This document shows positions 45,709-55,339 of a stretch of 64,000 nt of DNA, one piece after another; position 1 is the stretch's first letter; each line of letters opens with the position of its first letter. The notes under the pieces are model-generated. The model was not told where the DNA came from. It saw nothing but the letters and a program-made list of their open reading frames with translations, and did no database searches. Source of the DNA: an uncultured Acetobacteraceae bacterium (GTDB lineage: Bacteria > Pseudomonadota > Alphaproteobacteria > Acetobacterales > Acetobacteraceae); contig CAXUBM010000001.1 of the NCBI GenBank assembly GCA_964249235.1, positions 11 to 64,010 on the forward strand, written 5' to 3'. The position numbers were made by a program, and so were the translations under genes.

Positions 45709-46679
45709 CGATGATTTGGGAACCGGCGACGCAACCGACGATCTACTTTATCGGCGTATCGACCACGCAATCCTCGATCATGAAGATCTTTCCGAACTGG
45801 GCAAAGGAGCTCGGGCTCGGCGACTGTGCGATCGTCGGCATCGACTTCGCACTCCACGATCGGCCCGAAGCTTATCGCGAGGCGGTCGAATTCATCAAGA
45901 CCGACCCGCTGTCGCGCGGTGCCCTGGTGACCACGCACAAGATCGACCTGCTGGACGCAAGCGCCGATCTGTTCGATCAGCTCGATGACTTCGCGCGCAC
46001 GCAGAACGAGGTGAGCTGTCTGTCGAAGCGGAATGGGCGACTGATCGGTCATGCCAAGGATCCGATCTCGGCCCGGCTCGCGCTAGAGACGATCATCCCA
46101 CCGCTGCATTGGCGACGGACTCGCGGCGAGGTGCTGGCTATCGGTGCCGGCGGTGCGACCACCGCGATCACCTGGAACCTGATGCGGGCCGAACATGGCG
46201 ACAACCGTCCGCGGCGCCTCATCGTCTGCGACATCGATTCGCAGCGGCTCGACGGGCTGCGCCGGTTTCACGAGGGACTTCGCAGCACGATCCCGGTGGA
46301 TTACGTCGTGACCGGATCCGCGGAGCAGAACGACGCGTTGCAGTCGGCACTTGCGCCCGGCTCGCTGGTGATCAATGCGACCGGCCTCGGCAAGGACCGG
46401 CCGGGTTCGCCGTTGACCGACGCGGCGACCTTCCCAGACGACGGGCTCGTCTGGGAACTCAATTACCGCGGCGATCTCGTCTTCCTGACGCAGGCCGACG
46501 CGCAGGCGGAACGCCGCCGGTTGTCGATCACCGACGGCTGGAACTACTTCCTGCACGGCTGGACGCAGGTCATTGCGGAGGTCTTCGACGTCGCGATCCC
46601 GCCGGCCGGTCCTCGTTTCGACCGGCTGTCGGACTTGGCGGGCGGCTCGCCGCGGCTTCGAGCGGCGGCAAGGCGGTGA
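45705..46679 (+). CDS. shikimate/quinate dehydrogenase-family protein
   Basis: 324 aa. Contains YFIGVSTTQSSIMKIFP, LVTTHK, IGAGGATTAI and INATGLG. GTGA overlap with the eda stop. Confidence 0.7.
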   Translation: MTMIWEPATQPTIYFIGVSTTQSSIMKIFPNWAKELGLGDCAIVGIDFALHDRPEAYREAVEFIKTDPLSRGALVTTHKIDLLDASADLFDQLDDFARTQNEVSCLSKRNGRLIGHAKDPISARLALETIIPPLHWRRTRGEVLAIGAGGATTAITWNLMRAEHGDNRPRRLIVCDIDSQRLDGLRRFHEGLRSTIPVDYVVTGSAEQNDALQSALAPGSLVINATGLGKDRPGSPLTDAATFPDDGLVWELNYRGDLVFLTQADAQAERRRLSITDGWNYFLHGWTQVIAEVFDVAIPPAGPRFDRLSDLAGGSPRLRAAARR

Positions 46680-47608
46680 GCGACCGCATCCTGATCACTC
46701 CCCGTTCGCTGACGCGGCACCCGGATCCGGCCCTCCGACGGCTCGAAGAGGCGGGCTTCGAGCTCGTCTTCAGCAAGCCCGGCGAAACGCCGAGCGAGAC
46801 GGAACTGCTCGAGCTGCTGCCCGGCTGCGTCGGCTGGATCGCCGGGGTCGAACCGGTGTCGGACACAGTGCTTCAGGCCGCGTCCGGCAGTCTACGCGTC
46901 ATCAGCCGGAACGGTACCGGAGTCGACAATCTTCCGCTCGAGACTGCCGCATCCCTAGGAATTGCGGTGCACCGCGCCGACGGCGCGAATGCGCGCGGCG
47001 TCGCCGAACTTGCAATCGCGCTCATCTTGGCCTCGCTGCGCCACATCCCCTCGCAAAGTGCGAGGCTCAAGTGCGGCGACTGGCATCGCCGACTGGGTGC
47101 CGAGATCGGCGGGCGGGTGGTGGGCATTGTCGGCTGCGGCGCGGTGGGTCAGCTCGTCGCGCGGGCCGCCTTGGGCCTCGGCGCGCGGGTGATCGGTTTC
47201 GATCCGTTTCCGAACTCGTTTTTCCAACCCGAAGGTCCGTTCCGCTGGTCGACGTTGGACGAGCTGCTGGACGAGGCGAACGTGGTCAGCCTGCATTGTC
47301 CGCCGCCTCCCGACGGCAGGCCCCTGCTCGCCGCGGAGCGGCTGGCGCGCATGCAGCGGGGCGTGCACATCGTCAACACCGCACGCGCTGGCTTGGTCGA
47401 CGAGGCGGCGCTGCTGGCGGCTTTGAACGCCGACCAGGTTGGCGGCTATGCCACTGACGTCTTCGCCACCGAGCCGCCCGAAGCCTCACCGCTGCTGTCG
47501 CATGAGCGCGTCATCGCGACGCCGCATATCGGCGGCTTCACGTCCGAAAGCGTCACCAACGCGACAGTGGCCGCGGTGGACAACCTCGTCCGAGCCCTTG
47601 CCGGATGA
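46676..47608 (+). CDS. D-isomer-specific 2-hydroxyacid dehydrogenase
   Basis: Start re-set to the GTG at 46676 (GTGA overlap). Contains GIVGCGAVGQ, NTARAGLVDE and TPHIGG. Confidence 0.85.
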   Translation: MSDRILITPRSLTRHPDPALRRLEEAGFELVFSKPGETPSETELLELLPGCVGWIAGVEPVSDTVLQAASGSLRVISRNGTGVDNLPLETAASLGIAVHRADGANARGVAELAIALILASLRHIPSQSARLKCGDWHRRLGAEIGGRVVGIVGCGAVGQLVARAALGLGARVIGFDPFPNSFFQPEGPFRWSTLDELLDEANVVSLHCPPPPDGRPLLAAERLARMQRGVHIVNTARAGLVDEAALLAALNADQVGGYATDVFATEPPEASPLLSHERVIATPHIGGFTSESVTNATVAAVDNLVRALAG

Positions 47609-48450
47609 GACCGCGACCGCAGACGATCGAGCGCGCGCTTGCCGATGAGCTCGGGCGGCCACATCGCGGGCTGTCGCTCTTCTGGCTCGGCCAGGCGGGT
47701 TTTCTCCTCCGGCAGGATGAGCGCGTCATCCTGATCGACGCTTACCTGTCCGACAGCCTGGCGGAGAAGTATCGTGGGCAGCGTTTCGACCACCGCCGGA
47801 TGATGCAGGCACCGATCGCGCCCGATGGACTGCCTCGGGTCGATCTCGTGCTCTGCACGCATCGCCACGGCGATCACATGGATCCGGACACTCTGAAGGC
47901 GCTGGCGGCGCGCCATCCCGGCTGCCGGTTCGTCGTGCCCGCCGCCGAGCTGTCGCATGCGTCCGGGCTCGGATTGCCGGCCGACCGGCTGGTCGCGGCG
48001 GATGCGGGCGTAGCGTTGCAGCCTGTCGAGGGCGTTCTGATCATGCCGGTTCCGGCGGCCCATGAGACCCTGCGTCGCGACGACGCCGGCCGTCATCACT
48101 TCCTCGGCTACGGCGTCTTCGTCGGCGGCATCAGGCTGTATCACAGTGGCGACTGCGTCCCGTATGCGGGTCTCGCCGACCACGTCCGCTCCCTCCGCGC
48201 CACGCTGGCGCTGATGCCAGTCAATGGCCGGGACCAGACACGCGCGGACGCCGGTGTCCCTGGCAACTTCACGCTCGAAGAAGCGGTGGCCCTTTGCCGC
48301 GACACGCAGATCCCTGACCTGATCCCGCATCATTGGGGCATGTTCGCGTTCAACAGCATCGAGGCGAACGCCATCGACGCGCTGGCCAGCGTCAGCGCGC
48401 AACCCAGGATCCTGCGTCCGGCGCTCGATTGCTGCCACCGCGTAGAGTAG
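47605..48450 (+). CDS. MBL-fold metallo-hydrolase
   Basis: 281 aa. HRHGDHMD (HxHxDH). ATGA overlap with the upstream stop. Confidence 0.75.
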   Translation: MRPRPQTIERALADELGRPHRGLSLFWLGQAGFLLRQDERVILIDAYLSDSLAEKYRGQRFDHRRMMQAPIAPDGLPRVDLVLCTHRHGDHMDPDTLKALAARHPGCRFVVPAAELSHASGLGLPADRLVAADAGVALQPVEGVLIMPVPAAHETLRRDDAGRHHFLGYGVFVGGIRLYHSGDCVPYAGLADHVRSLRATLALMPVNGRDQTRADAGVPGNFTLEEAVALCRDTQIPDLIPHHWGMFAFNSIEANAIDALASVSAQPRILRPALDCCHRVE

Positions 48451-48460
48451 AGCAGACCGC

Positions 48461-49399
48461 GTGGTCGAACGATCTCCCAAGCCTCTCCCGTCCGCGCCGC
48501 GCAAGCCGGCGCACTCGTCGGCCGGACGCAACGTCCTCGAGCACATCCTGCTCAGCCTGCCACAGCTCCGGCCGTCCGAGCGCAGGGTCGGCGAAGCGGT
48601 GCTATCCGACCCGGCCGGTTCGATCGGCGCGAGCATGTCGGGTGCGGCACGCGGCGCCGGTGTGAGCGAGCCCACCGTCATGCGTTTCTGCACCGCGCTC
48701 GGTTTCGAGAGCTACCAGGATTTCAAGCTGCGCCTCGCCCAAAGCGTGGCACTCGGCATGCCGGCGACCCAGTCCGTTCTCGACATGACCGACACGCCGC
48801 AGACGCTGACCGACAAGGTCTTCGACTACACGATGAACAGCCTCGATTGGGCGCGCAAGCAGATCGATCATGAGGCGGTCGCGGTCGCGATCAACATGCT
48901 CGTCGAGGCCAGGCGGATCGAATTCTTCGGCTTCGGCGCCTCCTGGATCGTGGCCGCGGACGCGCAGCAGAAGTTTCCCCTCTTCGGCGTGCCCTGCATG
49001 GTTCATCTCGACGACCATCAGCAGTTCATCGCCGCCTCGATGATGCAGGCAGGCGACGTCGCGGTCGCCATTTCCAACACCGGCCAGACGACCGGATTGC
49101 TCGAGATCGCGGAAGCGGCGCGGGTGGCGGGTGGCAAGGTCATCGCGCTGTCCGGCAATCGCGACGGCGCGCTCGCGCGTCATTGCGACCTGATGCTGCT
49201 GATCGAGACGCTCGAAAACACCGACGTCTACACGCCGACCATCTCGCGTCTGGCCGCGCTGACGGTGATCGACGTGCTCGCGGTCGGCGTGGCGATGCGA
49301 CGCGGCGCGGCTCATCAGCAGCGTATTTCCGAGATGAAGAAGCGTCTCGCCGCCATGCGGAGTGGGCGAGCCCCGACGGGGCCGACGCGCCCGTCCTGA
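48461..49399 (+). CDS. MurR/RpiR-family transcriptional regulator
   Basis: HTH_6-like stretch LSDPAGSIGASMSGAARGAGVSEPTVMRFC plus a SIS domain (FFGFGASWIVA...AISNTGQT). The start codon is uncertain. Confidence 0.85.
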   Translation: MVERSPKPLPSAPRKPAHSSAGRNVLEHILLSLPQLRPSERRVGEAVLSDPAGSIGASMSGAARGAGVSEPTVMRFCTALGFESYQDFKLRLAQSVALGMPATQSVLDMTDTPQTLTDKVFDYTMNSLDWARKQIDHEAVAVAINMLVEARRIEFFGFGASWIVAADAQQKFPLFGVPCMVHLDDHQQFIAASMMQAGDVAVAISNTGQTTGLLEIAEAARVAGGKVIALSGNRDGALARHCDLMLLIETLENTDVYTPTISRLAALTVIDVLAVGVAMRRGAAHQQRISEMKKRLAAMRSGRAPTGPTRPS

Positions 49400-49416
49400 G
49401 GCGACCGCGCCGGCGA

Positions 49417-50958
49417 CTAGGTCAAGCCCGTCTCGGTCGGTCTCGACTGATCCGGATCGCGCGCGTGGCTCAGCGCATGCAGCGTCGGTGACAGGATCGC
49501 CGTCGTCTCGCGATAGCGCTCAAGCGCCTCGCGGTAGCGCCCGTGGGCGGCGAGATCGGGCTCGACGTGCCGGCCGGGCTGCGCCGCCGCCGCCGCCGCC
49601 ACACGCAGGTCGGAAAACAGCCCTAAGGCCGTGGCGGCCGCGGCGGCCGTGCCGACGATGGTGAGGTTTTCCTCGGCGGCCAACTGAACCGGCAAGCCGA
49701 TCGCGTCGACGGTCGCCCGCAGCCAGAGCTCGTTCTTCCGGAAACCCCCGGAAGAGACGACCAGATCGACCGGGACCCCCAGCGAGACGGCCTGTGCGAC
49801 GACGTTGGCCGATGCCAGCGCGACGCTCTCCACCGCGCTTCGGTAGATCGCCGGCCGGTCGTGATCGAGCGACAAACCCATCAGCGCGCCACGCAGGTGC
49901 GGATCGCGATAAGGCGTCCGATTGCCCATGAAGTAATCGAGCATCAGCAGGCCGGTGCCGCCGACCGGATGGGCCGCCGAGGCAGCGATCAGGTCGCGTT
50001 CACCCGCCTCGTCGAGCTGAAAGATTTTCCGGCTCAGCCAGGACAGGACTGAGCCTGCCGAGACCTGGCCACCCTCTACCATCCACAGCCCATCGATGAG
50101 AGCGTTCGGGTAAGGTCCCCAGAAGCCGGGAACCGGTCGTTCGGCCGCCAAGTGGAACAGGTGAACCACCGAGGTGCCCCCGATCATCAGCAACTTGCCC
50201 GGATCGATCGTATCGGCGCCGAGGATCCCGATATGCGCGTCGATGCCGCCCTGGGCGAGCACCGGTCGTCCGCGCAAACCGAGTTGCGATGCGGCCTCCT
50301 GCGAAACCCGCCCGATCGGCGCACCCACCGGTAGGATCCATCCGGGCAGGCGGTCGACCAGCCCGGGTACGCCGAACTCGTCATAGATCTCGGCGACGAA
50401 GCACGACCGTCCGCCGTCGTAGTTCCATTTGCAGGTGGCGTTCATCCGCGACCCGACCCAGTCACCTGACAGCTGGAAGTTAATCCAGTCCAGACACTCG
50501 CAGATGATCGCCGCCTCGGCGTAGATCGACGGTTCGTGCGCGGCCAGCCACATTGCTTTCGGCACCAGCCATTCCGCCGCATCGCCGCCGCCACTGTGCG
50601 CGAGCACCGGATGGCTGCTCCGGGCGGTGCGGGCCGCCTCCTTGCTTGCCCGACAATCCATCCAGAGCAAGGCGGGGCGCAGCGGCCTGCCGTCGCGGCG
50701 GCAGGCAACCACGGTCGACGCGGTGGTCGCAGCCGCGACGGCCGCGACGTCTGGGTATCCGGCCTTCTCGATCGTGCGTCGCGTCGCCCAGCAGAGAGCT
50801 CTCCACCAATCGTCGGGCTTCTGTTCAGCCCAGCCCGGGTGCGGGTGCGTGGTCGGATAGAGCGCCTCGTCCATGGCGATGATCGAGCGCTTGTCCGGAT
50901 CGAACAAACCGACGCGGACGCCACCGGTGCCGAAATCGAGACCGAGGAGAAGGCTCAC
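49417..50958 (-). CDS. FGGY-family carbohydrate kinase (ribulokinase/xylulokinase-like)
   Basis: 513 aa. Contains LLGLDFGTGGVRVGL and SSGGFRKNELW. Confidence 0.85.
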   Translation of the reverse strand: MSLLLGLDFGTGGVRVGLFDPDKRSIIAMDEALYPTTHPHPGWAEQKPDDWWRALCWATRRTIEKAGYPDVAAVAAATTASTVVACRRDGRPLRPALLWMDCRASKEAARTARSSHPVLAHSGGGDAAEWLVPKAMWLAAHEPSIYAEAAIICECLDWINFQLSGDWVGSRMNATCKWNYDGGRSCFVAEIYDEFGVPGLVDRLPGWILPVGAPIGRVSQEAASQLGLRGRPVLAQGGIDAHIGILGADTIDPGKLLMIGGTSVVHLFHLAAERPVPGFWGPYPNALIDGLWMVEGGQVSAGSVLSWLSRKIFQLDEAGERDLIAASAAHPVGGTGLLMLDYFMGNRTPYRDPHLRGALMGLSLDHDRPAIYRSAVESVALASANVVAQAVSLGVPVDLVVSSGGFRKNELWLRATVDAIGLPVQLAAEENLTIVGTAAAAATALGLFSDLRVAAAAAAQPGRHVEPDLAAHGRYREALERYRETTAILSPTLHALSHARDPDQSRPTETGLT

Positions 50959-50965
50959 GTCCGAC

Positions 50966-51982
50966 TCAGGGCTGCACCATGACCTTGGAGATGAATTCGT
51001 TCCTTTGCTTGAACTTGAGGATCGTGTCCGACAGCGCCTCCAACCCCGGCTCGTGCGTGATCATGAATTCCCAAGCGAGTTCGCCTGAGCCGAGCTTCTC
51101 GAGCGTGGTCGTCCATTGCCGGCCAGGAAAGGGCGCGCCGAACGAGTTCCAGGCGCCGTGAAGGGTGATCTCCTGCCGAAGCATATGGCTGAACGTCGCG
51201 AGCTCCAGCGAGAGATCCGCTGTCGGGATCCCGATGAAAACGACGTGGCCGCCAGGCGCCGCGAGGCGGACGGCCAGGTTGACGGTCGCCGGAACGCCCG
51301 CGGCCTCGACGAGAAGATCGCAGGCCGGCACGTCCGGGGTCGGATGATGGCTGAGAAAGGTGTGGGTGGCCCCCGCGATGCGTGCCTGCTCGAGTTTCTG
51401 CTCGGAGACGTCGACGGCGACGATGGCTGACGCCCCCATCAGCCGCATCCACTGAATGGCGAAGAGACCGATCGGGCCACACCCGACAACACCGCCGGTT
51501 TGACCGACCGTCAGCGGCGCTTTCCAGACCGCGTGCAGCGCGATCGACGCCGGATCGGTCATCGCGGCCGCGCGGGGGTCGATCCCGCGCGGCGCCTTGA
51601 GGAGGTTGCCGCGCGGCACGGCCACATACTCGGTGTAGGCGCCGTCTCGGCGGCTGCCAAAATAATCGTAGTGCAGGCAGCGAGAAAAATTGCCGGTCAG
51701 ACACTGCGTGCATCGACGACATGGAATCAGGGGTGCGACCGCGACCAGCTCGCCCATCGCATAGTCCTCGACCTCAGCACCGAGCTCGACGATGTGGCCC
51801 GAGAACTCGTGGCCGCAGATGATCGGCATTCGGTGCGCACCCTTGGTGAGCAATCGCGGAATATCGGACCCGCAGACGCCGCACGCGGCGACTTTGACCA
51901 AAACCTCGTCCCGCTCGACGGCCGGCTTGGGCACGAACTCAATACGAAGATCACCCGGTTGGTGCATGACCATCGCACGCAT
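50966..51982 (-). CDS. zinc-dependent alcohol/polyol dehydrogenase (MDR family)
   Basis: 338 aa. Contains CGVCGSD, GHEFSG and GCGPIGL. Confidence 0.9.
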   Translation of the reverse strand: MRAMVMHQPGDLRIEFVPKPAVERDEVLVKVAACGVCGSDIPRLLTKGAHRMPIICGHEFSGHIVELGAEVEDYAMGELVAVAPLIPCRRCTQCLTGNFSRCLHYDYFGSRRDGAYTEYVAVPRGNLLKAPRGIDPRAAAMTDPASIALHAVWKAPLTVGQTGGVVGCGPIGLFAIQWMRLMGASAIVAVDVSEQKLEQARIAGATHTFLSHHPTPDVPACDLLVEAAGVPATVNLAVRLAAPGGHVVFIGIPTADLSLELATFSHMLRQEITLHGAWNSFGAPFPGRQWTTTLEKLGSGELAWEFMITHEPGLEALSDTILKFKQRNEFISKVMVQP

Positions 51983-52206
51983 TATCGCAGCCTCCTATCT
52001 TGCCAACTGAGTATCCTATGGGCCGCATCCTGTTCGCTCATACTTCGGACCCCTAGGCACGTTGGGCGAAATAAGGAATTCGAGTAACGATGCACGTGGC
52101 CGCGTCCCAGTCCAGGGACCGCTTCCTTCGTCAAAACAAGGTCGAACGAGTCATCTCACTGAACTCTGCGCGACCCTCTGCACCGTTCGGCCTCCACGCA
52201 CGCGTT

Positions 52207-52221
52207 TGTAGTTTGACTACA
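52207..52221. promoter_or_regulatory. 15-bp palindrome TGTAGT-TTG-ACTACA (candidate operator)
   Basis: Lies in the 570-bp divergent region between the dehydrogenase and amidohydrolase operons. Same half-sites as 38512-38526, and both are followed by CG. Confidence 0.4.
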
Positions 52222-52554
52222 CGTGTCGTCCAGCGTCAACGCCGAGGGACGCTGCCGCGTTTGTGCCCTAGGTGCTCAGTCCCACCGTTTGGTGGAGCGG
52301 GTTTGAGGTGAATCGCTCTGGCTCGTTTTGTCAGGCCCGGCGGCGGACGGCTTCGAATAGCGTCAGCAATTCTTCACCGTGTGGACGCCGCCCACGCCGC
52401 CGGTGCGACGGAACCCGCCGCTCCGAAGGGCTGAGCGCCCGCGCCCGACGGCGGGGCCGGGTTGGCGTTGGCGAGCCGGCCGACTTTCGTCTAGTCTCGT
52501 CGCAGAAACGGTTTGGAAGCCGGCGCTCGGTCCGAGAGGAGGACGTTGTCTGCC

Positions 52555-53832
52555 ATGAGTGCGTTCCTGTTGCGCGCGACGATCTGGGACGGCGTTGCGG
52601 ACGAGGCCTATCGGGGCGAAGTCCTGATCGAGGGAAACCGGATCAGGACGGTCGCGAGGGCCCCCGACCGGATCGGCGTCGAGAACGCGTCGGAAGTGTT
52701 GGACGCGGGCGACCTCTTCCTGATGCCGGGTCTGGTGGAAGGCCATTGCCACCTCTCCTTCGTGGGCGTGTCGGCCAACAAGGAACTGGGCGAGATCCCG
52801 GTGGAGGAGCACTTGCTCCGGACCTGCCGCAACGCCACCCTGCTGCTCGATCACGGCTTCACCAGCGCCTACTCGGCCGCGTCCGCCAAGCTGCGTCTCG
52901 ACGTTGTGGTCAAGGACGAGATCGAGAACGGCCACCTCGCCGGACCACGCTACCGGACTGCAGGCCCCGAGATCACCGTGACCGGCGGCCTCGGCGACGA
53001 GAACCGCCAGGGTATCGCCGCCGAAAGCTTCGGCATGGTCGCTGATGGCGCGGACGCGATCCGCCGGGCGGTGCGGCTGTGCATTCGCGAAGGCGTCGAG
53101 AACATCAAGATCAACATCTCCGGCGACGAGTTCACCAGCCACGTCCGCGCCGAAGCCGTTTCCATGACCGCGGGCGAGGTCGCCGCCGCGGTGGAGGTCG
53201 CGCACGAATGGGGCCGGCGGGTGTCCTGCCATTCACGCGCCGCGGGCGCGGTCAAGCGCGCGGTGCGCAGCGGCGTGGATTGCATCTACCATTGCGATTT
53301 CGCCGACGACGAGGCGATCGACATGCTCGTCGACGCGCGCGACCGCATCTTCGTCGGACCCGCCTTCGGCCTCGTCCACAACGCGGTCTTCGAAGGCGAT
53401 CGCGTCGGGATGAGCCGCGAGACGATCGAGCGGATGGGCCTGCCGCGCAAGCTGGAGGCGACCTGCCGCGTCTATGAGCGGTTGCGCGCTTCCGGCCTGC
53501 GGGTGGTGATCGGCGGCGACTACGGCTTCACCCTGACGCCCATGGGGCAGAACGCCCGCGACATCGGCCATTTCGTGCGCTTCTTCGGCTACACGCCGGC
53601 CGAGGCGCTCCGGTGCGCGACTGCGGTGGGCGGCGCCCTGATGGGCTACCCGGGCGAGCTCGGCGTGATCAGGCCGGGGGCGCTCGCCGATCTGCTGCTC
53701 GTCGACGGCAACCCGCTCCTCGACCAGTCGGTGCTGGTCGGGCCAGACCGGCTGGTGATGATCATGAAGGACGGCCGGATGCATCGCGATCCGCGGCCGG
53801 TCCTGGCCCGGCGCCGGCGGGTCGCGGCCTGA
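52555..53832 (+). CDS. amidohydrolase-family protein
   Basis: Start re-set to MSAFLLRATIWDG (RBS GAGAGGAGGA). Metal-binding HxH in LVEGHCHLSF. Confidence 0.8.
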   Translation: MSAFLLRATIWDGVADEAYRGEVLIEGNRIRTVARAPDRIGVENASEVLDAGDLFLMPGLVEGHCHLSFVGVSANKELGEIPVEEHLLRTCRNATLLLDHGFTSAYSAASAKLRLDVVVKDEIENGHLAGPRYRTAGPEITVTGGLGDENRQGIAAESFGMVADGADAIRRAVRLCIREGVENIKINISGDEFTSHVRAEAVSMTAGEVAAAVEVAHEWGRRVSCHSRAAGAVKRAVRSGVDCIYHCDFADDEAIDMLVDARDRIFVGPAFGLVHNAVFEGDRVGMSRETIERMGLPRKLEATCRVYERLRASGLRVVIGGDYGFTLTPMGQNARDIGHFVRFFGYTPAEALRCATAVGGALMGYPGELGVIRPGALADLLLVDGNPLLDQSVLVGPDRLVMIMKDGRMHRDPRPVLARRRRVAA

Positions 53833-53836
53833 CGCG

Positions 53837-55339
53837 ATGGCGGGCGTTCCCGCGCTGTCAATGCGCGGCATTTCGAAGTCCTTCCCCGGCGTTCGGGCGC
53901 TCCAGTCCGTCGATTTCGACGTCGCCGCCGGCGAAGTGCACGCGATCTGCGGCGAGAACGGCGCCGGCAAGTCCACGCTGATCAAGATCCTCGGCGGCAT
54001 CGAGGCGCCCGACGAGGGCACGATCCTGATCGGCGGTCGCGAGGTGCGGTTCAGGCATCCGGTCGAGGCCTGCCGCGCCGGCATCGGCATCATCCACCAG
54101 GAGCTCAGCATCCTCCCCGACCGGACGGTGGCCGAGAACATCCATCTCGGCCGCGAAGCCCGCAGGCGAGGCTTCCTCGACCGTCGGGCGATGCGTACGC
54201 AGGCTGCGGCGCTGCTCGCTCGGCTCGGTTCGAACGTGTCCCCGGACGCGAGCGCGGGTTCGCTGTCGGTCGCCGAGCAGCAGATCGTCGAGATCGCCAA
54301 GGCGCTGGCGCACGAGCCGTCCATCCTGGTGATGGACGAGCCGACGGCCGCGCTGGACGGCAAGGATGCTGCCCGCTTGCTTGGCCTGATCGGCTCGTTG
54401 CGGGCCGAAGGGGTCGCGATCGTCTATGTCTCACACCGGATGGCAGAGATCGAGCAGGTCGCCGGGCGGGTGACGGTGCTCAAGGACGGCCGGCGCGTCG
54501 CGGCGGAGCCGATCGGGGCCATGCCGGCCAGACGCATCGTCCATCTGATGGTCGGGCGCGAGCTGTCCGACTTCTTTCCGCCCCGGCGCGCGACCGCGGG
54601 AGCCGAGCTCCTGGCGATCGAGGGCGGCGGCAACGCGCGTCTGCACGATATCACGCTCCTTGTCCGGCGCGGAGAGATCGTGGGCGTCGCGGGCCTCGAA
54701 GGATCGGGCAAGTCGGCGCTGGCGCGCGCCATTCTCGGCGACGAGCCCTTCACCCGCGGCACGATGCGCCTGGACGGCACGAGGATCGCGCCTGCCAGGG
54801 CGAGGCGCGGCATCGCGGCCGGAATCGGCTACCTGCCCGATGACCGCAAGCGCGACGGCCTCGTCCTCGGCCAATCGGTGCGCGACAACGCGGCGCTGAC
54901 GGTGCGTGCCTTCCTGCAGCCCCTGCGCGCCCGGGGGGCGGGCGGAACCTCCGACGGGGCGCTCGACGCGCGGTTGCGCGCGCTCGAGGTCCGGGCGGGG
55001 AGTTTCGGCGGCGAGGTCGGCACCCTGTCCGGCGGCAACCAGCAGAAGGTGATCATCGCCCGCTGGCTGGCCCGCGATCCGGCGCTCCTGGTCTTCGCCG
55101 AGCCGACGCGGGGCATCGACGTCGCCGCCAAGACCGCGATCTACCGGACCATGCGGGCGCTTGCCGACGAGGGCCGCGGCATCCTGATGATCTCCTCGGA
55201 TCTGCCGGAGATCGTGGGCGTCAGCGACAGGATCCTGGTGATGCGCGAGGGCGGGCTTGCGGGCGCCCTGCCGGGCGGCGCCGGCGAGGACGAGGTGATG
55301 GCGCTCGCGGTCGGCGTCAGGGAGCCTGAGCCCGCGTGA
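53837..55339 (+). CDS. sugar ABC transporter ATP-binding protein
   Basis: 500 aa. Contains GENGAGKST and LSGGNQQK. Confidence 0.9.
   Translation: MAGVPALSMRGISKSFPGVRALQSVDFDVAAGEVHAICGENGAGKSTLIKILGGIEAPDEGTILIGGREVRFRHPVEACRAGIGIIHQELSILPDRTVAENIHLGREARRRGFLDRRAMRTQAAALLARLGSNVSPDASAGSLSVAEQQIVEIAKALAHEPSILVMDEPTAALDGKDAARLLGLIGSLRAEGVAIVYVSHRMAEIEQVAGRVTVLKDGRRVAAEPIGAMPARRIVHLMVGRELSDFFPPRRATAGAELLAIEGGGNARLHDITLLVRRGEIVGVAGLEGSGKSALARAILGDEPFTRGTMRLDGTRIAPARARRGIAAGIGYLPDDRKRDGLVLGQSVRDNAALTVRAFLQPLRARGAGGTSDGALDARLRALEVRAGSFGGEVGTLSGGNQQKVIIARWLARDPALLVFAEPTRGIDVAAKTAIYRTMRALADEGRGILMISSDLPEIVGVSDRILVMREGGLAGALPGGAGEDEVMALAVGVREPEPA

Noticed and set aside
42028-48693. Long minus-strand ORFs opposite the plus-strand sugar operon (42028-43206, 44556-46052, 47446-48693). 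There is a comparable one at 57298-58548.
   Set aside because: Each is antisense to genes with strong family motifs (FGGY, Eda, MBL, binding protein). None has a recognisable domain.
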